Below are positions 48,643-59,444 of a DNA stretch of 64,000 bases, piece by piece (within the stretch, counting starts at the first letter, position 1; every line of letters starts with the position of its first letter). This stretch comes from an uncultured Nitrososphaerota archaeon (lineage in GTDB: Archaea; Asgardarchaeota; Njordarchaeia; Njordarchaeales; Njordarchaeaceae): assembly GCA_964518475.1 (NCBI GenBank), contig CAZFGR010000004.1, forward strand, positions 1 to 64,000, read 5' to 3'. A program made the translations under genes and the position numbers. The notes below the pieces were generated by a model. It was not told the origin of the DNA. It saw nothing but the letters and a program-made list of their open reading frames with translations, and ran no database searches.

Positions 48643-49422
48643 TCACTCTTTCTTAAATGCTAGGAAAACCATTAGTCCTTTTTCATACCCGTATTCTCCA
48701 AAATTAAAGTCACCGTAAACCTCTATCTTCTTGAACCCGGCTAGTCTTAATAGAAGTTCAATTTCTGGTTTTGTGTACCACCTCAATGTATATTTCCAGA
48801 AATATTTCTTGGAGTCATTCCCAGAAACTATCTCAACGAGCCTATCCACGTAGATATATTGGTTTGTTGGGTCGTACTTAGCTCTTTCCCACAATATGAG
48901 CTTTCTGGATTCATCAATATCGAGAGTGTAAAAACTGATTCTTGACTTCTTAACTATGTACTCATGGGAAGGTATGAACACGTCAAAGGCGAAAGCTCCT
49001 TTATTATTCAAGTGATTGAAAACATTGGTGAATGTCGATAAAGCATCATCTAGCGTCTTTAAATGCACAATCGAGCTGAAGGGGATGATTATTAACTTAA
49101 ACTCTTTACCTAAACTAAAATTTCTCATATCCGCCTTAATGATTTCTACTCGCTCTCTGACATCCTTGGTCTCCTTCTCTAATTTCTTCCTTAGAATAGT
49201 TAGCATTGATTCAGAGTTATCGATCCCGGCTATCTTATATCCTCTTCTGGCGAGTGGAATCAATACTCTACCTGTTCCGCACCCAAGCTCTAGTATTGGA
49301 TCTCCGTATCTTTCAGCTAATCCAGCATAGAAATCTATATCTTCAACTCTAGAACCGTAAAAAAGATCATATATCTCTGCAAACGATTTATAGCCATCTT
49401 CCTCCAAAGGAGGCCCCTCCAA
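48643..49422 (-). CDS. Class I SAM-dependent methyltransferase
   Basis: AEIYD, ILELGCGTGR, GIDNSESML, ADMRNF. Confidence 0.92.
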   Translation of the reverse strand: MEGPPLEEDGYKSFAEIYDLFYGSRVEDIDFYAGLAERYGDPILELGCGTGRVLIPLARRGYKIAGIDNSESMLTILRKKLEKETKDVRERVEIIKADMRNFSLGKEFKLIIIPFSSIVHLKTLDDALSTFTNVFNHLNNKGAFAFDVFIPSHEYIVKKSRISFYTLDIDESRKLILWERAKYDPTNQYIYVDRLVEIVSGNDSKKYFWKYTLRWYTKPEIELLLRLAGFKKIEVYGDFNFGEYGYEKGLMVFLAFKKE

Positions 49423-49690
49423 TATAAGTTAGGAGATAGGAGTTACAAAACTGTTATGTCTAAGACCTATAAGAGTGTGAATTATGGCTAAAAGGAAAGT
49501 TTACAATCTTTACATAAGGTTTTCTTTCCAAAGAGTATTAGCAACAAGCATGGAAGTCCATAGACTCATAATATGGACGATGGCGAAAGATAATATAAAT
49601 GGTACTAGAGCAAGGATAAGATTAGTTATAAGAGATGGTACATTTCCAGAGCGAATTCGTAAACTTTGACGAAGAGGTATTAATCCGACC

Positions 49691-50350
49691 CTATTCAACG
49701 TATGTAGGCTTAAACCTCTCCCATCTTTCCTCAAGTTCCTTTAAAACATCCGCCTCTTCCTTCTCCTTCCATAGGAAACGCCAGTAAAATACAAGGATAG
49801 TAGCGAGTATTGCTAATGCGATTAATAACCCCTTGACTCCTCCAAGTATCAAACCCAAAAAAGCTCCTATATACAGGGAAATCATTAACATAACGTATAC
49901 ATTAGCAGCTATTCTTGGTGCAAATAATAATATAGAAACAATTCCGCTTATCCACCATGCAGCAATAGGCACAATCACAAGTAATATGCTTTTTACCCAT
50001 CCATACTTTTTAACATGATATTTCCAGAACCAGGACGCTGTTATTAATCCCGCTGGTAATGCCCATCCAGTCGCTGTAGCGTACGCTACCCACTCTTCCC
50101 ACTTTAACCCGACTTTACGAACATAGTAAATTTTACCAATCCTGATTATAGAAAATGCCCAATGGCCATTAACAAATAGATCGAGTTCATCTCCGAAATT
50201 GCCGCTGATTCTTCTAATTTCGCTAAACTCCACATCAGCGAAAAGACCAAGAACTTGCTCTAAACTCATAGGTTTCCAACTCTCCCCCCTCAGAGGCCTT
50301 GATCCAGCATACTCCCTTAAATTCTCAAGCATCTCTTGAGTTAAACGCAT
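49691..50350 (-). CDS. Hypothetical membrane protein
   Basis: Soluble N-terminus followed by about 4 TM helices. Confidence 0.6.
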   Translation of the reverse strand: MRLTQEMLENLREYAGSRPLRGESWKPMSLEQVLGLFADVEFSEIRRISGNFGDELDLFVNGHWAFSIIRIGKIYYVRKVGLKWEEWVAYATATGWALPAGLITASWFWKYHVKKYGWVKSILLVIVPIAAWWISGIVSILLFAPRIAANVYVMLMISLYIGAFLGLILGGVKGLLIALAILATILVFYWRFLWKEKEEADVLKELEERWERFKPTYVE

Positions 50351-50566
50351 TATAAACGCCGGGAATATTGTTAAAAATTAGTATTTCCTCACGGTTAAGG
50401 AATTTTATTAAGTACTAATTTATAGAAAAATCTTTGCCTAAAATCTAATAAATAAAAATGTAGGAAAGCCATAGACGTCTCTTTTAAAATGTTTGGAATT
50501 CCAGAAAAATCACTTTTAACCAACTCATAGTAAAGAAGGCCAAATAGAGGATATACGTTTCTAATT

Positions 50567-50995
50567 TCATGGATCGATTCCGAGCTCTTCTGCTTTCCTT
50601 AGGATCTTTAATGCTAGTTTATAAATGTCTTTATAGAGTCTTTTACGTAATATTTCTTCAAGTAGATGAAGATTTATTGAGGTATAACGATGAACAATTA
50701 TATTTCTGAACCCTACTATCTTTTTGAATAACTCTACATCGCTGATTTCAAGTACGTTTCTATTTTTTAGCAATTCTCCTATCTCACTGTATCTATTAGG
50801 GGGTTTTTCTCCAACCTCAGCAAGAAATCTTAACCCCATATCAATTAATTCTTGAATAGAAATTTGCAGCGTATAAAGAGTAGATGTCAGAAGAGTATAA
50901 TCGTCTATTATTTCTTTAGCCTCATGATTGTTAAGGAGAAAGTCTATATGCGCCAGATTTTTCCTTATATGACTCAATTTTTCCTTCATTTCCAT
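50567..50995 (-). CDS. hepT: HEPN (DUF86) RNase toxin
   Basis: GFRNIIVHRY (R-x4-H) motif. Confidence 0.9.
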   Translation of the reverse strand: MEMKEKLSHIRKNLAHIDFLLNNHEAKEIIDDYTLLTSTLYTLQISIQELIDMGLRFLAEVGEKPPNRYSEIGELLKNRNVLEISDVELFKKIVGFRNIIVHRYTSINLHLLEEILRKRLYKDIYKLALKILRKAEELGIDP

Positions 50996-51426
50996 AGGAG
51001 TTCCTCCGCCTTTTTCAAGTACTTCTTACCATATTCTACTAATTCTAACGCTTTTCTAAAATCAATGTACATCGAGATGCTTACGTCTCTGAAGATTTTG
51101 TAGTCCTCTAATGCTCTGGCAAAGACAAGAATGCCATCTCTTAGAATTTTATATCTCAATTCCAGCGGGAGATCATTATCAATAATGGTTATGTCGATCT
51201 TGTCTTCATTCACATTTAAGCATTCGGATAATTCAACGATTAAATTTACTAATTTCTCAAGACTTGGCCTTTTTCTGAAGCGGATGGCGATATCGATATC
51301 ACTATTTTCTCCAAAATCTCCTTTTACAATGGATCCAAAAAGAATTGCAAAGAGAATGTTTTCTTTGTCTTCTAAGCATTTTTTTAATTTTTTAACCAAA
51401 GCATCTAGAGAGTTCATACTCATCAC
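50986..51426 (-). CDS. mntA: MNT adenylyltransferase antitoxin
   Basis: ILFGS...G...SDIDIAI, KIDI; overlaps the HEPN gene. Confidence 0.9.
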   Translation of the reverse strand: MMSMNSLDALVKKLKKCLEDKENILFAILFGSIVKGDFGENSDIDIAIRFRKRPSLEKLVNLIVELSECLNVNEDKIDITIIDNDLPLELRYKILRDGILVFARALEDYKIFRDVSISMYIDFRKALELVEYGKKYLKKAEELLWK

Positions 51427-51766
51427 TGCATCCTATATGAAAAGATTTCTAAGCATTTAAAGTTACATTAACGCGGAAAAAGAAAACTTATCTTACAGCA
51501 ATCTTGGTATAGCAATACTTAATGCGTAAAGATAGAAGTCTGTAACTATTAAGTTTTTACATGCCCCGGCATCTTTTAAGAGTAAGAGCGATTTTAGGTC
51601 AAAGTGTAGATTTCTATGCTGTTGGAGCGAGTTCTCTTGCATACTCTATGGTCTCTCTGGATGGTTCAAAAATAGGTATGTGACTAAAATATGAACACTT
51701 TCTAACGTGATCATAAAAAGAAAAATGCTGATAAGTACTTTGAGGTAATTTTCTTATAACTTTCAT

Positions 51767-52777
51767 TTAAGTGAATCCTGGTTTTCTAATCTTAGTTACT
51801 TCATGATTGACAAGAGTTGGTGGGATTTTTCCCCGATAAAACGCTATTAAGTTTTCTGCCACTATTTCCGCCATTCTAGTTCTGGTTTCTATGGTGGCGC
51901 TTCCTATGTGGGGAGTTACTACAACATTATCTAGAGTAAGCAATGGGTTATCTTTCGGAGTTGGCTCTTTTTCGAAAACATCTAGCGCCGCCCCTGCGAT
52001 CCATCTCTCCTTTAATGCTTTGTATAGAGCCTGTTCATCCACGACGGGGCCTCTACTAGTATTTATAAGGTATGCTGTCCTCTTCATGAGTTTAAGTTCT
52101 CGTTCACTGATCATTCTTCGAGTCTCTGGTGTTAGTGGGACATGTATCGAGACTACATCTGCGGTTCTTAATAACTCATCAAGTTCAACAAATTTAGCTC
52201 CGATCTCTTTTTCAATATCTTCTTTCCTCTGCTTATCATAGTATATTACTTTCATACCGAAATACTTAGCTCTTCTAGCAACGGCGGATCCTATTCGCCC
52301 CATCCCTATTATTCCCAGAATCTTACCATTTAACTCCATCCCAAGCATCATTGTGGGATGCCAGCCTGTTCTTGTTCTTTCCCATTCACCGCTCCGCACG
52401 AATTTGTCAGCCTCAACTATTCTTCGTGTAATAGCGAGAATGAGCGCCCATGTTAAATCAGCGACGGCCTCAGTGAGGACTCCAGGAGTGTTTGTCACAT
52501 ATATGCCTCTCTTAGTGCAAGCTTCGATATCAATATTATCGTAACCAACAGCGTACTGAGCAATTATTCTCAGATTCTTAGCCTCCCTCAGAACTTCCTC
52601 ATCTATAGGATCCGTTAAGAGGGTAACAAGAGCGTCAACATCCCTAGCTTTCTCAATAATAATCTCTTTTGGTGGCGGATAATATTCGGGCCATACTTCT
52701 ACATCGTAGTATTCCTTAATCATTTTGATGCCTTTCTCCGGTATTTCACGAGTAATGAAAACTTTTGGTCTCTTCAT
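51767..52777 (-). CDS. gyaR: Glyoxylate reductase (D-2-hydroxyacid dehydrogenase)
   Basis: KPKVFITRE-like start, [41 protein letters not shown]. Confidence 0.92.
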   Translation of the reverse strand: MKRPKVFITREIPEKGIKMIKEYYDVEVWPEYYPPPKEIIIEKARDVDALVTLLTDPIDEEVLREAKNLRIIAQYAVGYDNIDIEACTKRGIYVTNTPGVLTEAVADLTWALILAITRRIVEADKFVRSGEWERTRTGWHPTMMLGMELNGKILGIIGMGRIGSAVARRAKYFGMKVIYYDKQRKEDIEKEIGAKFVELDELLRTADVVSIHVPLTPETRRMISERELKLMKRTAYLINTSRGPVVDEQALYKALKERWIAGAALDVFEKEPTPKDNPLLTLDNVVVTPHIGSATIETRTRMAEIVAENLIAFYRGKIPPTLVNHEVTKIRKPGFT

Positions 52778-53039
52778 GATACATCACCCTCTTAATGTAT
52801 AATCATTGACGCTTAATAACTCTTTTCAAGTATTCAAGGGTTAAGGATTACTAGAACTTGGTAAACACCTTTAATAATCTTGGCTCTGAAAGATTACATA
52901 ATTTTCGGATGAGAGTTTCTTGGCAACAAATTTGCTGATTATTAGTAAAAAGCTATAACTACATCACTACATCATATCTTACTTCTAATGACTTTACAAA
53001 ACGGTATATTGAAGACAACGAATTATCGAGGCATGTGCC

Positions 53040-53633
53040 TTGTCTTACGAAATTGGAAAGGCTGCGGAGAAAGAACTCGCAGAGATATTTGAGAATAACG
53101 GTTTATCTGCTATAAAAGTTCCGCTATCGGGCAGATCGCAGGCTTTACCAGATATCATTGTGCCTAGGAAGGGAATATTGTATGGATTCGAAGTAAAGAC
53201 GCTTACGAATAAGGAGGAAGCTACTTTTTCTGGCAAAAGTTTTGATAATCTAATGGAATGGCTCCTAATGCTTAGGAGGGAGGGAATACCAGCTAAAGGC
53301 TTCCTCGCAGTCAAATTAATCGATAGGTGGTTCTTTGTTGAGATAGATAGACGGACAAAAGATGTAAGAATACCCTGTGATAACATGCTTGAATTAGATG
53401 AAATGCTCAGAATTCTTAAAGGTAGAAGAAGGCGAAAAAGAGTAAACTGCTCAATTCGAATAATGGGCTCTAAAGAAGATGTATATAAACTCCTCGGCAT
53501 AATTAGAAAATGCTTGGAGAAAAACGGATACATCGTAAAAACAACAGAGCTAGAAGTTTATAAGGATAAGAAAACTAGAGAAGAAATCGATACTACTAGA
53601 ACTAGAATCTACATTAATCTGAAGAGAAAATAA
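53040..53633 (+). CDS. hjc: Hjc/Hje-type Holliday junction resolvase with C-terminal extra domain
   Basis: GKAAEKEL...VPLSG...PDII...GFEVKT. Confidence 0.8.
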   Translation: MSYEIGKAAEKELAEIFENNGLSAIKVPLSGRSQALPDIIVPRKGILYGFEVKTLTNKEEATFSGKSFDNLMEWLLMLRREGIPAKGFLAVKLIDRWFFVEIDRRTKDVRIPCDNMLELDEMLRILKGRRRRKRVNCSIRIMGSKEDVYKLLGIIRKCLEKNGYIVKTTELEVYKDKKTREEIDTTRTRIYINLKRK

Positions 53634-53674
53634 CGGTCAAAAATCTGGAGGAAATGAGGAAATAGGGGACTAGA

Positions 53675-54484
53675 ATGATTGATCCATTAGAATTGACTAG
53701 AATGCTTAGAGAAATCGTGTGTAAGGAGGAAAGTGGTATAGTTCTACGACGATATTGGAGATTCAGAGGTGGACAGTGGTACGGTGGCATAGCTACAGCG
53801 GATTGTGTGGGATGTAACCTTAGATGCAAATTCTGTGGACCAGTTCTCTACATGACTAAGAAAAAGCTACTAGGTGCGCTAGAAACTCCTAAGAACGTGG
53901 CTAAAAAGTTGGTAAGTATTGCTTTGAAACACAACTATAGATACCTAAGAATAAGTGGCGGAGAACCGACAATCTGTCCAGAACATCTTTTCCAGTTATT
54001 GGATGCTCTAAGGGAATATCCATTCATTTTCATACTTGAAACGAACGGAATTCTTCTAGGCTATGATAAATCAATTGTTGAGCAACTTAGCCAGTATAGG
54101 AACGTACATGTGAGGGTCTCTATAAAGGGAACAAATCCTCTAGAATTCCAAGAATTAACTATGGCGGATAAGAAATTCTTTGAGTACCAGTTAAGGGCAC
54201 TAAAAAATTTGCTAGACTATGAACTATCTTTTCACCCAGCAGTAGTAGCTAGTTTTACAACTCCTCAGAACATAGAGAAACTAAGAAGAGAATTAGCTAA
54301 TATAGATCCATCCTTAGCAGAGCATCTTGAAATAGAATACATCGTTCTATATCCGCATGTTATAGAATCACTAATAAAACATAAACTCTTTCCAAAAAGA
54401 GCTTATACCATGAAGTGGGAGTTGATAGGGGAAGAAGATTTTAAAAGGAGGCTTCTCAAAGAATATGGTGACAATTATTCATGA
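53675..54484 (+). CDS. Radical SAM protein (COG5014-like)
   Basis: WYGGIATADCVGCNLRCKFC, RISGGEP, LETNG, RVSIKG. Confidence 0.88.
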   Translation: MIDPLELTRMLREIVCKEESGIVLRRYWRFRGGQWYGGIATADCVGCNLRCKFCGPVLYMTKKKLLGALETPKNVAKKLVSIALKHNYRYLRISGGEPTICPEHLFQLLDALREYPFIFILETNGILLGYDKSIVEQLSQYRNVHVRVSIKGTNPLEFQELTMADKKFFEYQLRALKNLLDYELSFHPAVVASFTTPQNIEKLRRELANIDPSLAEHLEIEYIVLYPHVIESLIKHKLFPKRAYTMKWELIGEEDFKRRLLKEYGDNYS

Positions 54485-54533
54485 ATATTTTTAGTTCTAT
54501 TCTCTGCGTGATTTGGTAGAAATATCAAACAAC

Positions 54534-54902
54534 TTAGAATTTTGTGTAAGAGAATCTGTTTGCTTGAGATATATGAAGCCACCATGGAGTTTTTTGAACT
54601 GGGACATATTCTTTATCTACTAGAAGGTAATCTCGAAATACTTTAATAACCACTCCTCTATCTCCTCTTTTCATATCGCTCCTAATACTCCTGGCCCTCC
54701 AAAGTTCTCCCCTGACTCGTACCCATCCCATCTTAGTGGGGCTAAGGTCCTCGACAACTATGCATTCTTCTCCTATTAAATCAAGCGCCCACCTCTTCCC
54801 CTGTGGTCGGAGAATTACAATTATTAATGCAATAATTATTATGAGGAATAATATCCCAAGCATGACTGGTAAAAAAAGTATATAGAGAAAGAGGTCAGGC
54901 AT
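54534..54902 (-). CDS. NfeD-like C-terminal (OB) partner of stomatin
   Basis: TM helix, then LIGEEC.VVEDL.P..GWVRVRGELWRA. Confidence 0.85.
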   Translation of the reverse strand: MPDLFLYILFLPVMLGILFLIIIIALIIVILRPQGKRWALDLIGEECIVVEDLSPTKMGWVRVRGELWRARSIRSDMKRGDRGVVIKVFRDYLLVDKEYVPVQKTPWWLHISQANRFSYTKF

Positions 54903-54911
54903 ATTAGGTCC

Positions 54912-55754
54912 CTAACTGCTTTCATGTTCTTCTTCAGTCTCTTTCTTAATTAATGTTTTTGTTACTCCTATTGCTTTAAGAATTTCCTCAAAACCAGTAC
55001 CTACTGTGAGAGGGTATAGAAGAACAACATTCTTCTCCTTGGCCATTGCTTGTAGAGTATCTAGTTCGCGCAGACGTAATGCAACTGGGTGCTTTTCATA
55101 ATATTCAGCCGCCTTTGCGATTATCTCTGCAGCCTGCCTATCACCCTCAGCCGAGATTATCTTAGCTCTTCGCTCTCTCTCTGCCTCTGCCTGTGCCGCC
55201 ATTGCCCTAACCAGTTCTGGAGGCAGCACGATTTGCTGTAATGCCACGTTCACGACCTTTATTCCCCATCCAGACACTTGCTCGTCAACAAGTTCCTGGA
55301 TTCTCTTAGCTAATTCTTCTCTTCTTGTTAGAATTTCGTCCAGCTCAAAATCTCCTAAAATATCTCTTAACGCTGTTTGCCCAAGCACGTATATTGTCCT
55401 CTGAATATTTCCAAGAGTTACGACTGCTTTGCCAGGATCATGTATGCGGTAGAATACTGCAGCATCCACTTTTATATTGATATTATCTTTCGTAATCAGT
55501 TCCTGACTAGGGATATCAATTGTTTGCACCCTCAGATCAACTCGTTGAATAGAGTCTATCCCTGGTATTATCCAGATAAGTCCTGGGCCCTTAACTCCCA
55601 CTAATCGTCCGAGTCTGAATACAACAGCCCTCTCGTACTCTGGAAGAATCCTTATACCTGATAGGAAATAGATAACCAGGAAGAAGAATATAAAGAACAG
55701 AAAACTCATTAGGAAGAATACCCCCGCTTGCATAGGATCACCATCCAACCTCAA
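54912..55754 (-). CDS. SPFH/stomatin (slipin) family protein
   Basis: YERAVVFRLG, GPGL, VDLR, ITKDN, AMAAQAEAERERRAKII, ALRLREL. Confidence 0.95.
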   Translation of the reverse strand: MRLDGDPMQAGVFFLMSFLFFIFFFLVIYFLSGIRILPEYERAVVFRLGRLVGVKGPGLIWIIPGIDSIQRVDLRVQTIDIPSQELITKDNINIKVDAAVFYRIHDPGKAVVTLGNIQRTIYVLGQTALRDILGDFELDEILTRREELAKRIQELVDEQVSGWGIKVVNVALQQIVLPPELVRAMAAQAEAERERRAKIISAEGDRQAAEIIAKAAEYYEKHPVALRLRELDTLQAMAKEKNVVLLYPLTVGTGFEEILKAIGVTKTLIKKETEEEHESS

Positions 55755-56337
55755 TCAATATATATGATCCTTTCTATTTAAAAGTATTGCTTTTATAGAG
55801 GACTAGGTAAAATGTATAGTATATTAGAAATAAGTATTGGTACCATCGCCTAATCCGAATTGCTTTCTTAGCTAAAGTGAGATAATTATGGAGATGCCCT
55901 ACTTTAATGTATAAAAGGTGATCAACTATAGGCTTGAGACGCTTCAGAAGATTTTATCATTTTTTGGAAATTATTCCTCATTAGGCTGATCACCATAGTA
56001 CCTAGATACTAGATCAAACTAATGAGAAGTACTAAAATTTTCACAATGTAGAAGAGGCAAGACCCGAGCTGAAAACACAGAGTAAAAACCAATAAATCAA
56101 CACGCGATTTAGAAAGTGATGTAATTGTTGCTGAAGGTTCTTTAAGCAATTGGAAATGGATGCGAATATTTTTATTCAGAAAAGAAAAGATCCCGCATTT
56201 GTTTTACTCTTTTTGTAGATGGTTCCTTAAGCGCTAGCGTTAAAGTAAGCGTTATTCTACCTAAAGTTTTTTAAAAAATATAACAATGTAACTTTTTAAA
56301 ACCGCTAAGAGGCAAAACTGTTCTGAGAGGAATCATA

Positions 56338-57201
56338 TTGAGTCGTGCTAAGGCTTATGCGGAACTTTTTAAACTCAAGCAAACAGCACTTTTAGTATAT
56401 TCTGGGATTTTTGGTTACTTTATAGCAGCTGGTCTTGATATCAATATAGTAGATCTCAGTTTATTTATCATAGCTAGTTTCTTATCAATATGTGGAACTA
56501 CTGGACTGAACATGTACTATGATAGGGATATAGATAGTGTCATGTTTAGGACGAGAAACAGGCCATTACCTAGTAACAGGTTAGATCCCGATGAAGCATT
56601 CGCTGTTTCAATGACGCTAGCAGCGACAGGTATAGCGATCGGCTTCTTCATAAACTATTGGGTAGGTATCGCCATAACATTAGGTTTCTTAATAGATGTG
56701 TACGTTTACACAGTTTTCCTTAAGAGAAGGACGCCACTAAATATTGTCATAGGAGCGATTGCTGGAGGAATGCCTATATTTGGAGGATACATGGTCTATA
56801 CTAAGCAGCCCACTCTTAAAGCACTTTTATTACTACTAATAATTGCTATATGGGCTATTCTCCACATATGGTTTATAGCGACTTATTATATCGAGGATTA
56901 TCAAAGAGCTAACATCCCGATGTTGCCAGTTGTTATCGGTGAAGAGAAAACCATTAAAGTAAGCTTTGCTGGACTCGCAATACTTCTTGCAATAGTTATA
57001 GCTATGAAGATACTAAACTATGCAACATGGTTCTCAGTAAGTGTCTCGCTGCTGTTTACAATTATCCTAGCGATCATTCTTATAAAATATCTTCAAACGA
57101 ACAATAAGGAGTATGTTAGAAAAGCGTATAAAATATTAAGTCCCTACCAAGGAATTCTCTTGCTAGTATTCTTTATTGAGAAAATATTAGGCTTTGTGTA
57201 A
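56338..57201 (+). CDS. cyoE: Protoheme IX farnesyltransferase (heme O synthase)
   Basis: NMYYDRDID..M.RT.NRPLP, YTVFLKRRT, W...H, EDY..ANIPMLPV. Confidence 0.9.
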   Translation: MSRAKAYAELFKLKQTALLVYSGIFGYFIAAGLDINIVDLSLFIIASFLSICGTTGLNMYYDRDIDSVMFRTRNRPLPSNRLDPDEAFAVSMTLAATGIAIGFFINYWVGIAITLGFLIDVYVYTVFLKRRTPLNIVIGAIAGGMPIFGGYMVYTKQPTLKALLLLLIIAIWAILHIWFIATYYIEDYQRANIPMLPVVIGEEKTIKVSFAGLAILLAIVIAMKILNYATWFSVSVSLLFTIILAIILIKYLQTNNKEYVRKAYKILSPYQGILLLVFFIEKILGFV

Positions 57202-57211
57202 TTTTAAGGAA

Positions 57212-57931
57212 CTATTCTCTCCTAATAATTTTTAGGACATAACTAAACGCCTCTATTGGATCCTCGAAGTGTACCTTGGCCGCTCGTTTTACTTCTGGAT
57301 TATCACCAACGGCAATCGAAAGTCCTGCTTTTTGGAGCATTGGTATATCATTCAGACCATCTCCCAGGGCTATAACTTCTTCATCGCTGATTCCTAGTTC
57401 AGCTAAAATTCTCCTTAAAGATACATATTTATCAACATTAACTGGGAAGACTTGTATCACGTTATGCATTCTGTGATAAATTAACCTACACAGGTTCTTA
57501 GCGTGGTTTTTCTCTAAGAACTTTTTAACATAATTGTCTACTTCTTCGAAGTATTCGCCAGCAGCCATAGTTAGTATAACTCTTGTGCACGGAATAAATA
57601 TCTTGTCACCAAAGGATCTCTCTAATTCGTCTTTTAAGGAATTTCTTATCCTCTGAAACTTTTTTAACTCATCTTTTTCTAGAGCGTAAATGATTCTTAC
57701 TTCGTCTGGGAAGTATATTACGGAACCTTCCTCGCCGACCAGAATCGTTCTATTAGGTCGTAGTCCCATGCCAAGGATTAAACCATCGAGCCAAGTTATT
57801 TGACGGCCTGATAAGAAGATTATTCTGCAGTGTTGAGAGATCTTTTTTAAAAGATCAGAAATCTCTCGAGGTACTGGATCGTGGTACGGCTTCACTACAC
57901 CATCTACGTCAGTTGCCACTAATCTATACAT
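57212..57931 (-). CDS. HAD IIB (Cof/sucrose-phosphatase-like) phosphatase
   Basis: TDVDG, SGR, VDK, GDGLNDIPM; overlaps EIIA by 8 bp. Confidence 0.88.
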   Translation of the reverse strand: MYRLVATDVDGVVKPYHDPVPREISDLLKKISQHCRIIFLSGRQITWLDGLILGMGLRPNRTILVGEEGSVIYFPDEVRIIYALEKDELKKFQRIRNSLKDELERSFGDKIFIPCTRVILTMAAGEYFEEVDNYVKKFLEKNHAKNLCRLIYHRMHNVIQVFPVNVDKYVSLRRILAELGISDEEVIALGDGLNDIPMLQKAGLSIAVGDNPEVKRAAKVHFEDPIEAFSYVLKIIRRE

Positions 57932-58364
57932 CTTTTTTAGCCTCCCTTAACTTCTTCACTATTCTCTCTTTAACATCGATTATTCCTTCTTTACCAGCTG
58001 ATAGAGCTATACGTGCAAGCTCTTTTAGGGACTTCTTGTCCTCCCTTTCTATCAGGACAGTAAGTAGCATCGGGATATTAACACCGGAAACGATCTCTAC
58101 ATCTTCTCTCTCGGCAGCAATTAATGCTGAAACATTCATCGTTGTTCCTCCAAAGATATCAACAAGAACCAATACTCCGTCTCCATCATTTACTGCATCT
58201 ATAGCTTTAGACACCTTCTCCTTAAGATCCTCTAGCCCCTCGCCCTCCAGTAAGGGTACTCCGATAGCCTTTTCGGGTTTCCCATAAAGCATTCTAGCAG
58301 TCTCTAAAAGCGCATCAGCTAGGTGCTGATGCGTCACAATTACAATACCAATCACTTTTCTCAC
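57924..58364 (-). CDS. PTS mannose/fructose/sorbose-family EIIA
   Basis: IVIVTH (phospho-His), LVLVDIFGGT..N, SGVNIPML. Confidence 0.92.
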   Translation of the reverse strand: MRKVIGIVIVTHQHLADALLETARMLYGKPEKAIGVPLLEGEGLEDLKEKVSKAIDAVNDGDGVLVLVDIFGGTTMNVSALIAAEREDVEIVSGVNIPMLLTVLIEREDKKSLKELARIALSAGKEGIIDVKERIVKKLREAKKDV

Positions 58365-58520
58365 CTTATTTATGAAACTTCAAGCTAAAACACTTTTAAA
58401 ATTAGAATATAAAGGATACCGTATATCGATCGAGAATGGATGTCTGAGAGAATGGGTGTCTTTATGTATTGGGAAGAACTAGAAAACTTCTAAACGAAGC
58501 TCATTCTAAAAGTTATGGTC

Positions 58521-58952
58521 TTATTCCTCGATTCTGGGTAATCTTTTTATCCATTTTACTTTATCAAAATCAGTGTCAAATGTGTAGATCTCATCAATTC
58601 CTTCTCTCTTCATTACTATTACCGCAAGAGCATCGTTAGGATCTAGCATTAATTCCTTCCCTAAGGATGCCGCATGCAGATAATCTTCTTTCTTAACGTC
58701 AGTAATTTCAATATTTTCCATCGAGAGTAGTGTAAAGACAATATCGTTAAGATCTGCTAATGAAATTCCATGTTTTAGGATGTTCACGATTTCTGACAAA
58801 TGCACCACAGTTGTTATGACTTCTTCTCCCTTCATGATTCTACTCACAATATTCTTAGCCTCTTCCTTCATTCTTTTTTCTTTTCCATTCAATTTACGTC
58901 TAGGTTTATAATAAGCATAGATGAAGATATTTGCATCAAGAAATCTTTTCAT
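58521..58952 (-). CDS. vapC: PIN-domain toxin
   Basis: FLDANIF, LSE, DPNDAL, YTFDTDFD. Confidence 0.92.
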   Translation of the reverse strand: MKRFLDANIFIYAYYKPRRKLNGKEKRMKEEAKNIVSRIMKGEEVITTVVHLSEIVNILKHGISLADLNDIVFTLLSMENIEITDVKKEDYLHAASLGKELMLDPNDALAVIVMKREGIDEIYTFDTDFDKVKWIKRLPRIEE

Positions 58953-58954
58953 AA

Positions 58955-59203
58955 CTATTTCTCTCCTCTCTCAGCTAATCGCTTTTCAAACTCTTTCCAA
59001 TCCCCGATGGCATCCACTCCTAAATCAACACTATCAAAATATTTGCGCAAATCAATTCTTTTAAGCGGGAGAATCCTTAGCTCATCATCCATCTTTAAAA
59101 TAACAACGTAATTTGTATCGCGAAGAACCTTTTTACGCCAATCTGCCGGCAATACAATACGTCCAAACCTATCTACCTTTTTCACTTCAAAACTCATCAC
59201 CAC
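58955..59203 (-). CDS. vapB: AbrB/MazE-family antitoxin
   Basis: KKVDRFGRIVLPADWR. Confidence 0.9.
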   Translation of the reverse strand: MVMSFEVKKVDRFGRIVLPADWRKKVLRDTNYVVILKMDDELRILPLKRIDLRKYFDSVDLGVDAIGDWKEFEKRLAERGEK

Positions 59204-59229
59204 TCACCATCAAATTAACTCAAAACATC

Positions 59230-59273
59230 TTGCCAAATAATATATGAACTGGCAAATAATATTAATTTTGCCA
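59230..59273. promoter_or_regulatory. Candidate autoregulatory operator of vapBC-2 (three alternating TTGCCA/TGGCAA boxes)
   Basis: TTGCCA 59230, TGGCAA 59250, TTGCCA 59268, with AT-rich spacers. Confidence 0.5.
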
Positions 59274-59444
59274 ACCTCTTCGTTATATAATTGAGTTTTT
59301 CTCTTGAGAGAAAAATTCGGGATTTTCTCATTAGACTAGAGACTAATCACTAATAATGTCGAGATAGAAGATAACTGAGTGAGAAACTACTAATTGCTTA
59401 AAAAGTTAGATGGAAAAAATTATGGGGGAGAATAAAAGTTCCTC

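Noticed and set aside
49484-49734. Two short opposing ORFs
   Set aside because: No motifs; they overlap each other and the neighbouring gene. Possibly a remnant, but unsupported.
51610-51700. Minus-strand fragment HIPIFEPSRETIEYARELAPTA*
   Set aside because: Too short to assign to a family.
56226-56246. Imperfect palindrome around CGCTAGCG upstream of cyoE
   Set aside because: An 8-bp core is expected by chance; no second copy.
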